A DNA stretch of 64,000 nucleotides, from assembly GCA_030650025.1 (NCBI GenBank), contig JAUSEN010000008.1, positions 1,164-65,163 of the forward strand, given 5' to 3'. Positions 7,400 through 16,043 of the stretch are shown here, one piece after another. The notes under the pieces were generated by a model. The model was not told where the DNA came from, made no database searches, and saw nothing but the letters and a program-made list of their open reading frames with translations. Position 1 is the first letter of the stretch. Every line of letters starts with the position of its first letter. The translations under genes were made by a program, and so were the position numbers. Origin of the DNA: Candidatus Magasanikiibacteriota bacterium. GTDB taxonomy: Bacteria > Patescibacteriota > Patescibacteriia > Magasanikbacterales > GWA2-37-8.

Positions 7400-7422
7400 T
7401 CAAGAAAATTTAACTGGACACT

Positions 7423-7451
7423 ATTTTAAACTAAATCCTGGGTTCTGTCAA
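7423..7451 (-). promoter_or_regulatory. Sigma70 promoter of the infA-alpha operon
   Basis: TTGACA (7451-7446), 17 nt spacer, TAAAAT (7428-7423). Confidence 0.72.
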
Positions 7452-7592
7452 GGGCGTGCCTTTTTTTACATTGGCAGCTTTTGAGTAACCACAAAATTTC
7501 GCTTATTTTAGCCTAAATAAATAAAAAACTAACATAGCCGCTAGCGACTTTTTGATAAATACATCATACCACAAGCATGACTTATTCACAAC

Positions 7593-7629
7593 GTAGGGGC
7601 ATGGTCGCATGGGGCGACCTTGCCCCTAC
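7593..7629. repeat. GTAG-type REP palindrome overlapping the alaS stop codon
   Basis: gtaggggcatggtcgc-atggg-gcgaccttgcccctac. Confidence 0.75.
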
Positions 7630-9557
7630 TCAACAATCGCTTTAATGCGCCGGACTCCAGCCGAAACCGCTTCTTCTTTAATAATTTTAAATTTACCAAT
7701 CAAGCCAGTGTGCTCCACATGCGGACCGCCGCAGACTTCGCGGCTAAAAGTCGGGCTAGAGACATCAGCAGTAGCCACATCATTCGGGTCGCCCACAGTA
7801 TAGACTTTAATTTTTGCTTGATATTTATCTTCAAACAAGCCAATCGCCTTCTTGACCTTCGCTTCTTCAAAACTCATCTCTTGATATGAAACCGGGTAAT
7901 CGCGTTTAATAGCCGCGTTTACTAAATCCTCGGCCTGTTTAACTTGTTCTGGCGTCATTTTTTGCGGATGGCTAAAATCAAACCGCATGCGCTCTTGGGT
8001 AATGTTACTCCCCCTCTGCATCGCGTGCGGCCCCAGAATTTTTTGGAGCGCGGCGTGGAGCAAGTGCGTGGCAGTATGGTATCTTGTCGAAATGGCGCTA
8101 TGATCAGCGAGGCCACCGGCGAATTTTTGTTCCGCGCCCGCGCGCGACTTATCCTGATGCTCTTTAAAAGCCGTTTCAAAACCATTAACATCAACTGTCA
8201 AACTATTCTCGATCGCGAGTTCTTGCGTCATCTCAAGCGGGAATCCGTACGTGTCGTATAATTTAAACGCGTGCTTGCCGGAAATCTCGGTAATACGCTG
8301 ACCCGTTTTCTCAAACGCGGTTTGAAACCCGCCGAGGAGGTGGGCAAATTCTTTTAAGCCTTGTTCGATGGTATTTCTAAATTTCGATTCCTCGGCTGCC
8401 ATTTCGTTCAAAATAAATTCGCGGTTGCGAGAGAGCTCTGGGTAAACTTCGCGAAAAATCTCAATAACTTTTTCTGAAATTATAGAACTAAAATTTTTGT
8501 TTATACCGAGCATTTCGCCATGGCGCACCGCGCGGCGAATTAATCGCCTCACGATATACCCGCGTTCCACGTTACTTGGCGCGATATGCGCGTCGTCTCC
8601 CATGATCATCGTAGCAGTGCGCAGGTGGTCGGCGACGATACGCATCGAGCGAGTAGTTTGACCACCAGCGATATATTCTTTACCGGCTAAATCCTGAATG
8701 GTTTGAATCAGAGGCCAAAAAGTGTCCACTTGGAACACATCAACAAATCCATTGAGCGCTACCAGCGTGCGCTCAAGACCCATGCCCGTATCAACATTTT
8801 TTTGCTTGAGTGGCGCGAATGTTCCGTCTGTATTTTTATTATATTGCATGAAGACATCGTTCCAGATCTCGAGCCAATTGTCTTCATCGTTCGCGGGGTT
8901 ACTGCCCAAGGGCGGGAACTCGGTTTTACCGCTCCAATAAAACATTTCCGTGTCCGGGCCGCACGGACCGGTTTTGCCGGCCGGGCCCCACCAATTATTT
9001 TTCTTGGGCAAACAGCCAATCCGTTCCTCGGGCACGCCGAGAGACTTCCAAATATTAGCCGATTCCTCGTCTTTAGGCGCGTCGCTGTCACCGGCAAAAA
9101 CCGTCACCGCCAATTTTTTTGGATCCAAACCTAGCCATTTTTTGTCTGTTAAAAATTCTAAGCTCCAAGCAATGGCCTCACTCTTAAAATAACCTGATCC
9201 GACCCCATCTGGGGCGTCGGATTCGCCCAAACTCCAGTTCCCGAGCATTTCAAAAAAAGTGTCGTGACGATTATCACCAACTTCATCAATATCTTGCGTG
9301 CGCACGCATTTCTGCACATTGGCTAAGCGCGTGCCCGCCGGGTGCTTCTGACCCATTAAGTATGGAACGAGTGGATGCATACCAGCGGTAGTATACAAAA
9401 CCGTCGGGTCATTATCCGGAATCAAAGAAGCCGAAGGAATAATGGCGTGCCTCTTGGACTCAAAAAACTTCAAATATTTGCTTCGAAGTTCTTGTGAACT
9501 AATCGATATTTTTGTCTGCCCGCCTTTGGCAGGGCGCAATTCTTTAGAAGTCAACAT
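7626..9557 (-). CDS. alaS: Alanine--tRNA ligase (short form without C-Ala domain)
   Basis: TTAGMHP, HDTFFEMLGNWS, DTGMGLER; editing motifs HTATH and CGGPH; ends GVRRIKAIVE. Confidence 0.97.
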   Translation of the reverse strand: MLTSKELRPAKGGQTKISISSQELRSKYLKFFESKRHAIIPSASLIPDNDPTVLYTTAGMHPLVPYLMGQKHPAGTRLANVQKCVRTQDIDEVGDNRHDTFFEMLGNWSLGESDAPDGVGSGYFKSEAIAWSLEFLTDKKWLGLDPKKLAVTVFAGDSDAPKDEESANIWKSLGVPEERIGCLPKKNNWWGPAGKTGPCGPDTEMFYWSGKTEFPPLGSNPANDEDNWLEIWNDVFMQYNKNTDGTFAPLKQKNVDTGMGLERTLVALNGFVDVFQVDTFWPLIQTIQDLAGKEYIAGGQTTRSMRIVADHLRTATMIMGDDAHIAPSNVERGYIVRRLIRRAVRHGEMLGINKNFSSIISEKVIEIFREVYPELSRNREFILNEMAAEESKFRNTIEQGLKEFAHLLGGFQTAFEKTGQRITEISGKHAFKLYDTYGFPLEMTQELAIENSLTVDVNGFETAFKEHQDKSRAGAEQKFAGGLADHSAISTRYHTATHLLHAALQKILGPHAMQRGSNITQERMRFDFSHPQKMTPEQVKQAEDLVNAAIKRDYPVSYQEMSFEEAKVKKAIGLFEDKYQAKIKVYTVGDPNDVATADVSSPTFSREVCGGPHVEHTGLIGKFKIIKEEAVSAGVRRIKAIVE

Positions 9558-9565
9558 AAATTTTA

Positions 9566-11857
9566 TTACTCGCAAGTAGCGGCTAGCATATCGTACCAAT
9601 TAGACCCGCTACTAAATACCGAGAGCGGGGTCGTACAGCGGGAATGGTCAGGCGAATACCGCGCCGCCCAAATATCAGCATTATAAGCCGTGGCATCGAG
9701 CCTCACGCAAGTAATTCTAGCGCCGCCTTGGCAACTAATTTCCACTACGTCTTGGCCTTTGGGCGCGAAAGAAATCCGCGGATCGCCATAAAGCAAATAC
9801 GGTTTTTGATTCTTTACCGCTACGCTGGGGCTAAATCGGAACACAACTTGCTCTTCGAGTGGTTTACTGCGAACGATATCAACTTTCCCGCCTTGTCCAA
9901 AAACCCAATTATACAAATATGTCTTATGCTCGGTGGCGGCGCGCAGTAAAACCGAACTGTTGCGCAAAAGCGTATAAGGATAGCTGGCTCCCGAAGCAGT
10001 ATTTGGCGAAACAATCTCCGGGAGCGTGCGCTCAAACCGCTTTACTAATTTGGGGTTTCGGCCGCCGCGCTCGTACTCCCATTGATACAAAAAAACTCTG
10101 GCCTCGTAAGAGGTTACATTTTGGCCTCTCGGCACATCATCGAGTGTGCTGGTTGGCATTATATATTCCAAAACAATCAACCGGTTATTGCCGGCCTCGG
10201 TGAAAGAACAGGCCGCGCTCCGCTCTGCTCGCGCTAGGCGCGGGGCCGTACCGCTAAAATAAGAGTTGCTAATGGCGCAATCTTGGCTCCGGAGCTCGCT
10301 GTAGCTGGCCAAATTCCTCCCCGCCTGAAAAAGACGATCCTGCCGCTCGAGCCCGGCCCAATTAAACGCCCCCTCGCTTGCGAGCGCCACGGCGGCTCCC
10401 TTATAAGCGCTTTGGTTAAACGAACGCGCTGCAGTATGATTTTTCAGATTATAAATAGCCGCGGATCGAATGCTGTTCAGCTTAAGCTTCTGATCAACGC
10501 TTAAACGTGGCAAAACATCTTTAGAAAAAAGCAAAGTGAGCGCCGGCAAACTATCAGTGGAAAGTTCGGCGATATAGTCCAAATCCAAAGGCTGATTCTC
10601 CGCCATAAATCGGCGCACATTCTCGCGCGTAATAATATAATCAACGTTTACTGACGCGACCATTGTTAAAGCGGCCACCCCGGATATTAAAACGATATAA
10701 AAAAACCGGCGAAACGCCACCCGAATCCAAAAACAAGCCGCGGTTAGACTCAAAAGCGCCAAAATAAAATAAATAAACCACTCCACATAGAGCCGCAAAA
10801 CCGTGTAGCCATATTCAAACTGATACAAATTCATGCGCCGCAAAGCCGAGGCCGCGATGGCGCCGACTTGCAATACCAAGAGGGTGGTAAAAACGCTGAC
10901 GATTTTAGACTTCTCCCGCCCCACGAACGCGCGATACACCACTACCAAGAAAAGCGCAGAGAGCCCGATTACCCAGCTCAACTCAAAAAACCCTTGCCGC
11001 GCGTAATCCGCGAACGTCAAACCATTTTTTAAAACAAACTCCGCAGAACCAAATAAATACTTAAATTGAATAAATACGAACGCGCCAAATAAAACATTAA
11101 TCAAAGCCAACACCACGGCCACGATTACCTGGTCGAGCTCCCGGGCCAAGTCGTTAACACTGGCGAGAACGCTATCATGGAGGGCGGTCGCGTAATAAAA
11201 TCCGCCGGCAAAAAGCGCGAGCGCCACGGTGCGCAGAACCCGCCAAGCAAATTCCGGTATCTTCTCAATATTAAATAAATCCGCGAGCCCCTCTGCAAAC
11301 ACCGCGTCGGCCTTGTTAAAAAGCCAGGCAAAAATAATTAAAAACGGAATCGCGATAACAAGCCCGAGCAGTATCCGACGCACTAATTGTTTGCGCGGGT
11401 CATCGTGCCACAAAAAAACATCTTTATACATGTCCGACCACTTCATAAACAAGAGGTCAATCCGGCGCACCACGGGAAACCCGCGAAAATGGAACGTATG
11501 CTTAGCGGGGTTTTGCATGGTAGCGAGTAAGGCAAAGACCGCCGACAAAACCAAAACCATGGCGCCGCCGGCTTGGCGCACAAATTCGTTATTTAACAGG
11601 ACGCGATCCAAGCTAAGGATGACGATCGGAGCCAAGAGCCACCAGGCTTGTCTTTGGCGTAGCACCACGGTCAAGTTAGCGATTATTAAAAACCCGGTCG
11701 TATAAAGTAAAACGTAAATCGCGAACCCAATTCCCGGCTCTTGCTGCCAAAAAAAGAAGTCATACAGAATACTGATAACCGCCGCGAAACCCAGCCAAAT
11801 CAAACGATTATTTCTCGACTTTGAACTCGCGTTTGCATTCACAAAATCTAAATTCAT
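9566..11857 (-). CDS. DUF4173/DUF4153-like multi-pass membrane protein with C-terminal extension
   Basis: ADAVF, Q..YLFG, YARQGFFEL, RM.LY...YG.T.LR and D.DY..LS.D motifs. Confidence 0.75.
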   Translation of the reverse strand: MNLDFVNANASSKSRNNRLIWLGFAAVISILYDFFFWQQEPGIGFAIYVLLYTTGFLIIANLTVVLRQRQAWWLLAPIVILSLDRVLLNNEFVRQAGGAMVLVLSAVFALLATMQNPAKHTFHFRGFPVVRRIDLLFMKWSDMYKDVFLWHDDPRKQLVRRILLGLVIAIPFLIIFAWLFNKADAVFAEGLADLFNIEKIPEFAWRVLRTVALALFAGGFYYATALHDSVLASVNDLARELDQVIVAVVLALINVLFGAFVFIQFKYLFGSAEFVLKNGLTFADYARQGFFELSWVIGLSALFLVVVYRAFVGREKSKIVSVFTTLLVLQVGAIAASALRRMNLYQFEYGYTVLRLYVEWFIYFILALLSLTAACFWIRVAFRRFFYIVLISGVAALTMVASVNVDYIITRENVRRFMAENQPLDLDYIAELSTDSLPALTLLFSKDVLPRLSVDQKLKLNSIRSAAIYNLKNHTAARSFNQSAYKGAAVALASEGAFNWAGLERQDRLFQAGRNLASYSELRSQDCAISNSYFSGTAPRLARAERSAACSFTEAGNNRLIVLEYIMPTSTLDDVPRGQNVTSYEARVFLYQWEYERGGRNPKLVKRFERTLPEIVSPNTASGASYPYTLLRNSSVLLRAATEHKTYLYNWVFGQGGKVDIVRSKPLEEQVVFRFSPSVAVKNQKPYLLYGDPRISFAPKGQDVVEISCQGGARITCVRLDATAYNADIWAARYSPDHSRCTTPLSVFSSGSNWYDMLAATCE

Positions 11858-11878
11858 AGATCTCTAATCTCTAAAAAA

Positions 11879-13132
11879 TTATTTAATCACTCCCCCGCCT
11901 AAACACGCCCCGTTATTGTAAAACACCGCGAATTGCCCGGGCGTAACCGCGCGCTCTGGCTTTGCAAAATGAACGATAACGAGATTCCTCGTCGGCCTTC
12001 GGCCTCGCTCGGAATGACAACGAACAATGCACTCCTGCAATATCTGGCGATGGCGTAGGCGTACCTGGCATTTTAACGGAAATTGAGGTTTCTGACAAAT
12101 CCAATTAACGCCCGTAACCACAGCTTCTTTGGAAAACAAAAGCAGGTCATCTTCATAGCCAACAACCAATTCATTGGTTCTAATATTTTTAGCGACCACA
12201 TACAAAGGCCGATTCCCCTCTCCTTCGCAAAGGAGAGGGCGAGGGTGAGGACTCGCCAATCCCAAATGCCTCTGACCAATCGTATAAAACGCCAGACCAT
12301 CGTGTTTACCGACAACAATTCGCTGTAGGGGCGGGGTTACCCCGCCCTTACCGTACGACATTATAATCTTTCCCGGTTTATGTTTTATTCTTTTCTCCAA
12401 AAATTCTTTCATCGGCACTTCGCCAATAAAACAAATGCCCATGCTCTCGGCTTTATCCGCGACTGGCAAGCCAAATTTCTTAGCTAATTTCCTGACTTCT
12501 GGCTTAGTATATTCGCCCACGGGAAATAGAGTTTTAGATAACTGCTTCTGGTTTAGCTGGTGCAAAAAATATGTTTGGTCTTTATTTTTGTCTTTGGCTT
12601 CGAGAAGATGAACCAGACCTCCCCCAAACCCCTCCTTTGCGAAGGAGGGGGGTCGAGCTCCCTCTCCATCGCAATGGAGAGGGCGGGGGGTGAGGACTCG
12701 TCTCGCATAATGCCCGGTCGCCAAATAATCAAAACCCAATTCTTCTGCCTTTTTCAGCCAACTCCCAAATTTAATAAATTTATTGCACATCACATCCGGG
12801 TTCGGCGTCCGCCCCTGCCGGTATTCCGCGAACATGTAATCCAAAACATCGCGTTTATATTCTTTAACAAAATTCAGTTTCAAAATCGGAATATTTAATT
12901 GCGCGGCCACGCGCACAGCGTCGCGGTAATCCGGAACATAACAAGACTGCGTCTGTTGTAGTGGCCCGGCATGCCTGGCCACTACGTTTTCGCCGTCATC
13001 ATCGTAATTAATCATAAAAGCCGCCGTGACATTATATCCGGCTTTAACGAGGAGCGCGGCGGCTACGGCCGAGTCCACCCCACCACTAAGCGCCACTAAA
13101 ACTTTTATTTTTTTATTAAACTTTATTTTCAC
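11879..13132 (-). CDS. mnmA: tRNA 2-thiouridylase MnmA, carrying in-frame palindromic inserts
   Basis: SGGVDS, TPNPDVMCN, ATGHYAR, KDQTYFL, ESMGICF and TPGQFAVFY. Confidence 0.97.
   Translation of the reverse strand: MKIKFNKKIKVLVALSGGVDSAVAAALLVKAGYNVTAAFMINYDDDGENVVARHAGPLQQTQSCYVPDYRDAVRVAAQLNIPILKLNFVKEYKRDVLDYMFAEYRQGRTPNPDVMCNKFIKFGSWLKKAEELGFDYLATGHYARRVLTPRPLHCDGEGARPPSFAKEGFGGGLVHLLEAKDKNKDQTYFLHQLNQKQLSKTLFPVGEYTKPEVRKLAKKFGLPVADKAESMGICFIGEVPMKEFLEKRIKHKPGKIIMSYGKGGVTPPLQRIVVGKHDGLAFYTIGQRHLGLASPHPRPLLCEGEGNRPLYVVAKNIRTNELVVGYEDDLLLFSKEAVVTGVNWICQKPQFPLKCQVRLRHRQILQECIVRCHSERGRRPTRNLVIVHFAKPERAVTPGQFAVFYNNGACLGGGVIK
11981..12019. repeat. In-frame palindromic half-element in mnmA
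   Basis: Reverse complement is 38/39 identical to 15666-15704. Confidence 0.85.
12215..12250. repeat. CCCTCTCC..GGAGAGGG palindrome in mnmA
   Basis: Encodes PHPRPLLCEGEG; related to 12660-12695. Confidence 0.75.
12325..12351. repeat. GTAG REP in mnmA
   Basis: gtaggggcggggttaccccgcccttac; core shared with intergenic 62132-62166. Confidence 0.8.
12618..12695. repeat. Two head-to-head palindromes in mnmA
   Basis: cccctcctttgcgaaggagggg and ccctctccatcgcaatggagaggg. Confidence 0.75.
12958..12985. repeat. GTAG-type palindrome in mnmA
   Basis: gtagtggcccggcatgcctggccactac. Confidence 0.75.
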
Positions 13133-13149
13133 AAATAATTAACAACACT

Positions 13150-13782
13150 TTACAAACTTACTGGCTTAATTTCTTTTTTTAATAACTTGACCTGATACTC
13201 ATTTATCGGGCGCATTAAATTTTGATCATTGGCCATTTGGCGGGCCTTATTTGTTATTAGCCAGTTATACATATCATACTTAAACCGAAAATCACTTCTT
13301 AAAGCCAAATAATCATTTTTAAAAAATATTTTCGCTCTTTTCACTCCAATATTTCCTAAGGCGTCTAATTTATCCGCATCACGCAATATAATCGCTTCTT
13401 GGTACTTATCCGCCGCGTTATTATAGTGGTACCGTACCGCATACAACAAAATTATTTTTTCTTCTTTGGTAAGAAGCGAAAAAATTTTATCTTTCCTAAA
13501 CCACTCTCGGCAAAGTTTATACGACAACTCGTGATGAGTATTGGTGGAATTATTTTTCGCGTGCGAGCCCTTTTTTTCTAGAGTTCTGCCCACATCGTGG
13601 AGTACTGCCGCGAGTTCACACAAAAATATATTTGCTTTCACCGCTTTAGCGATGACAATCGCATTTTTTACCACCCGCGCCACGTGGTCATAACCATGCG
13701 CTGGGACTGGAGTAACTTTAAACAAAGCTTTAACTTTAATGTTTACCTCTCTAACAATTTGTTTTTGAATTTTTGTATACAT
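13150..13782 (-). CDS. HD domain metal-dependent phosphohydrolase
   Basis: HGYDHVARV, LHDVGR, YH and DADKLDALG. Confidence 0.88.
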   Translation of the reverse strand: MYTKIQKQIVREVNIKVKALFKVTPVPAHGYDHVARVVKNAIVIAKAVKANIFLCELAAVLHDVGRTLEKKGSHAKNNSTNTHHELSYKLCREWFRKDKIFSLLTKEEKIILLYAVRYHYNNAADKYQEAIILRDADKLDALGNIGVKRAKIFFKNDYLALRSDFRFKYDMYNWLITNKARQMANDQNLMRPINEYQVKLLKKEIKPVSL

Positions 13783-13826
13783 AATAACCAGATTATATAT
13801 GAAACAGCCAAATATTTCAAGATATC

Positions 13827-13897
13827 CCGCCATAGGCGGATTGTTAACTGACACAAAATTTGCCTCGCTTATGCTCGCAAATTTAGGTCGTTAACAA
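13827..13897. repeat. Compound hairpin element, family C copy 2
   Basis: Homologous to 7001-7078 with compensatory changes. Confidence 0.7.
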
Positions 13898-13929
13898 AAA
13901 AAATCCGGCAGCCTTAGGCTACCGGATCT
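13897..13929 (-). terminator. Rho-independent terminator after the CxxC protein gene
   Basis: ATCCGGTAGCC-TAA-GGCTGCCGGAT followed by a long T run. Confidence 0.7.
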
Positions 13930-13942
13930 AAAATTTTTATTT

Positions 13943-14269
13943 TTAGCCCTGGTTGCGTCGCGCCATCATGCAAGATTTGCAGTAGACGGGGCGATCACCG
14001 GTTGGTTGGAAGGGCAATTCAGTGATTGCCATGCCGCACTGTCCGCAGGTTAAATTAACCTGGAACATTTGGCGCGGGCCGCGGCTCATGCCGCCACCCA
14101 TTCCTCCACCCATACCACCACCGCGGGTTTGGCGGAAAGCCCGATTGCAGTCGCTGCAATAAACGGGGCGGTCGCCAGACGGCTGAAACGGCAGCTGTGA
14201 AATGTGGGCCCCGCACTTAGCGCAGGTTAAATCCACATCGTACATCTGGCGGTCATTGCCATATGCCAT
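13943..14269 (-). CDS. Tandem CxxC-x17-CxxC zinc-ribbon protein
   Basis: Two repeats of CxxCG..I..LPFQP.GDRPVYCxxC joined by a Gly/Met linker. Confidence 0.9.
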   Translation of the reverse strand: MAYGNDRQMYDVDLTCAKCGAHISQLPFQPSGDRPVYCSDCNRAFRQTRGGGMGGGMGGGMSRGPRQMFQVNLTCGQCGMAITELPFQPTGDRPVYCKSCMMARRNQG

Positions 14270-14427
14270 ACGTGTGTGTTCTGTTTGGTTCCCAAAATGT
14301 TGTTTGAGATATTTTGATTATTCGACCCCCAGTTTACTTTTAGTAAACCAGGACTATTTTGGGAACTTTGTTATTACGCTGTTGCCCAAATTTATTGAGA
14401 TTAGTATAGCATAAAAATCCGGCTTTG

Positions 14428-14880
14428 TCAAATGCCTCTGGCATTCTGAACCGCCTCGGTTACTTCTTGCAGAGCCCCCGTGCCAACACTAGCCAAAACA
14501 GCGGCCTCTTTAACTGCTTTTTTAAGATCATACTTATTAGGAAAAACAGCAAAACTACGCCTTAAAAATATAATTGTGTTCGCGCGCAATGGGTCTTTAA
14601 TTAAGTTACTCTTTAATCCAGTTACTAAATCTCTTACCTTATTAAGCTCGTCTAACAAATCCTGAATTCTCTTCGCCTCTCCGCCCTTAGTATCAGGGAG
14701 AACGTCCAAACCTTGTTGTTGTAAAATTCTTAATTTATGCTCTATCTGTTCCAAAGACGACCCCAAGAATCCCTTCTCTAAAATTTCGCGCGCCGAATGA
14801 GAAAGCATCAACTTGTCTGGAGCGGCCGCGTCTCTTTTTACGCCTGGTTCCCGACCGCCTCCTTGTGTGTGAGTCCTCAT
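14428..14880 (-). CDS. Hypothetical protein
   Basis: 150-aa ORF, helical, no recognised motif. Confidence 0.6.
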   Translation of the reverse strand: MRTHTQGGGREPGVKRDAAAPDKLMLSHSAREILEKGFLGSSLEQIEHKLRILQQQGLDVLPDTKGGEAKRIQDLLDELNKVRDLVTGLKSNLIKDPLRANTIIFLRRSFAVFPNKYDLKKAVKEAAVLASVGTGALQEVTEAVQNARGI

Positions 14881-14889
14881 AGATAAGCA

Positions 14890-14963
14890 AAGCTTGAAAT
14901 TGCGTCGGTCTTCGCAAAAAGAAAACTACAGTTTTCTTTTTGACTCATCCCTAGCAATTATAA
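14890..14963. repeat. ~70-bp dispersed palindromic element, family B copy 2
   Basis: Reverse complement aligns with 920-989. Confidence 0.8.
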
Positions 14964-14964
14964 A

Positions 14965-16023
14965 TTAATTAGTAGTTCGATTTAAAGTCGTAATCGGCCG
15001 GCTCTGGGTGATATAAAATTTACTCCCGACTTTGGCCCATTCAATATCACAGGGGAAGCCATAATGCTTCTCAATATTTATAAAAATCTTAGCCGCTTCG
15101 ATAATTTCTTTGCCCGATAATTTTTGTTTTGTCCCTTCGCTCTCGCTAATATTTCCCCACTCATTGCGCTTCCCCTCTCCGCTATCTACTAACAAATCGC
15201 TTTTGGCGGAACGCGCCAACGCGTTCCCTACAAGTTTTTTTCCTACTAATTTTCGGGTCTGCGTCGCCACATTAATATCAAGAATGCTAAGCTCTGATTT
15301 ACTAACAATATAACTATCAGGAGTAATCTGACCGCCCACAATCGCTTCACCGAGGCCAAAACCGGCTTCTATTATCATCTGATCTCTGTCTTCGGTAACC
15401 GGATGCACGGTAAAAGCAATGCCTGACACTTCAGACTGTACCATAGTTTGCACTACCACCGCAACCGAAACATAGTGGTCGATTAAGTTCTTCTCGTGGC
15501 GGTAAAAAATTGCCCGAGGTGTGAATAGCGAAGACCAGCACTCTTTAACCCGCTCTACTACCTGCTCGGCTGGCGTATTTAAATATGTTTCCAGTTCCCC
15601 GGCCCAGCTCGCGACCGCCGAATCCTCCGCCGTCGCACTGCTCCGGACCGCCACCAAAAAATCATTGTCATTCCGAGCGAGGCCGGAGGCCGACGAGGAA
15701 TCTCCCGAAAGTTTAGCATGAGCTGCCAAAATTTCTACTTCTAAATCTTTGGGCATGGCATGGTCGTGAATCGCGTCCCGAATCACCGCGCTCGCTTTAT
15801 CAATCGAATTTACATCCGCCACGTTCACCTCTTTGAGCCGCGCACTAATTTCAGCATTCAAATCAGTTTCTTCTAAAAATCTATCAAAGGCGCTTGCGAG
15901 CACCACAAACCCGGGCGGGACAGGAATCCCGGTATTCGCCATCTCACCCAAACTGGCGCCTTTGCCACCCGCCTCGGCGACATTGTTTTTAGAAATTTCA
16001 TTGAAGAATTTTAGATGGGGCAT
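14965..16023 (-). CDS. PEP synthase/PPDK-like ATP-grasp domain protein (stand-alone)
   Basis: GGKGASLGEM, VPPGF, AVRSSATAED, GLGEAIVGG, DIEW and QSRPIT; no His or pyruvate domain. Confidence 0.92.
   Translation of the reverse strand: MPHLKFFNEISKNNVAEAGGKGASLGEMANTGIPVPPGFVVLASAFDRFLEETDLNAEISARLKEVNVADVNSIDKASAVIRDAIHDHAMPKDLEVEILAAHAKLSGDSSSASGLARNDNDFLVAVRSSATAEDSAVASWAGELETYLNTPAEQVVERVKECWSSLFTPRAIFYRHEKNLIDHYVSVAVVVQTMVQSEVSGIAFTVHPVTEDRDQMIIEAGFGLGEAIVGGQITPDSYIVSKSELSILDINVATQTRKLVGKKLVGNALARSAKSDLLVDSGEGKRNEWGNISESEGTKQKLSGKEIIEAAKIFINIEKHYGFPCDIEWAKVGSKFYITQSRPITTLNRTTN
15666..15704. repeat. In-frame palindromic half-element in the PEP-synthase-like gene
   Basis: tgtcattccgagcgaggccggaggccgacgaggaatctc. 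Confidence 0.85.
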
Positions 16024-16043
16024 ACAACTCAAAAATTAAAACC

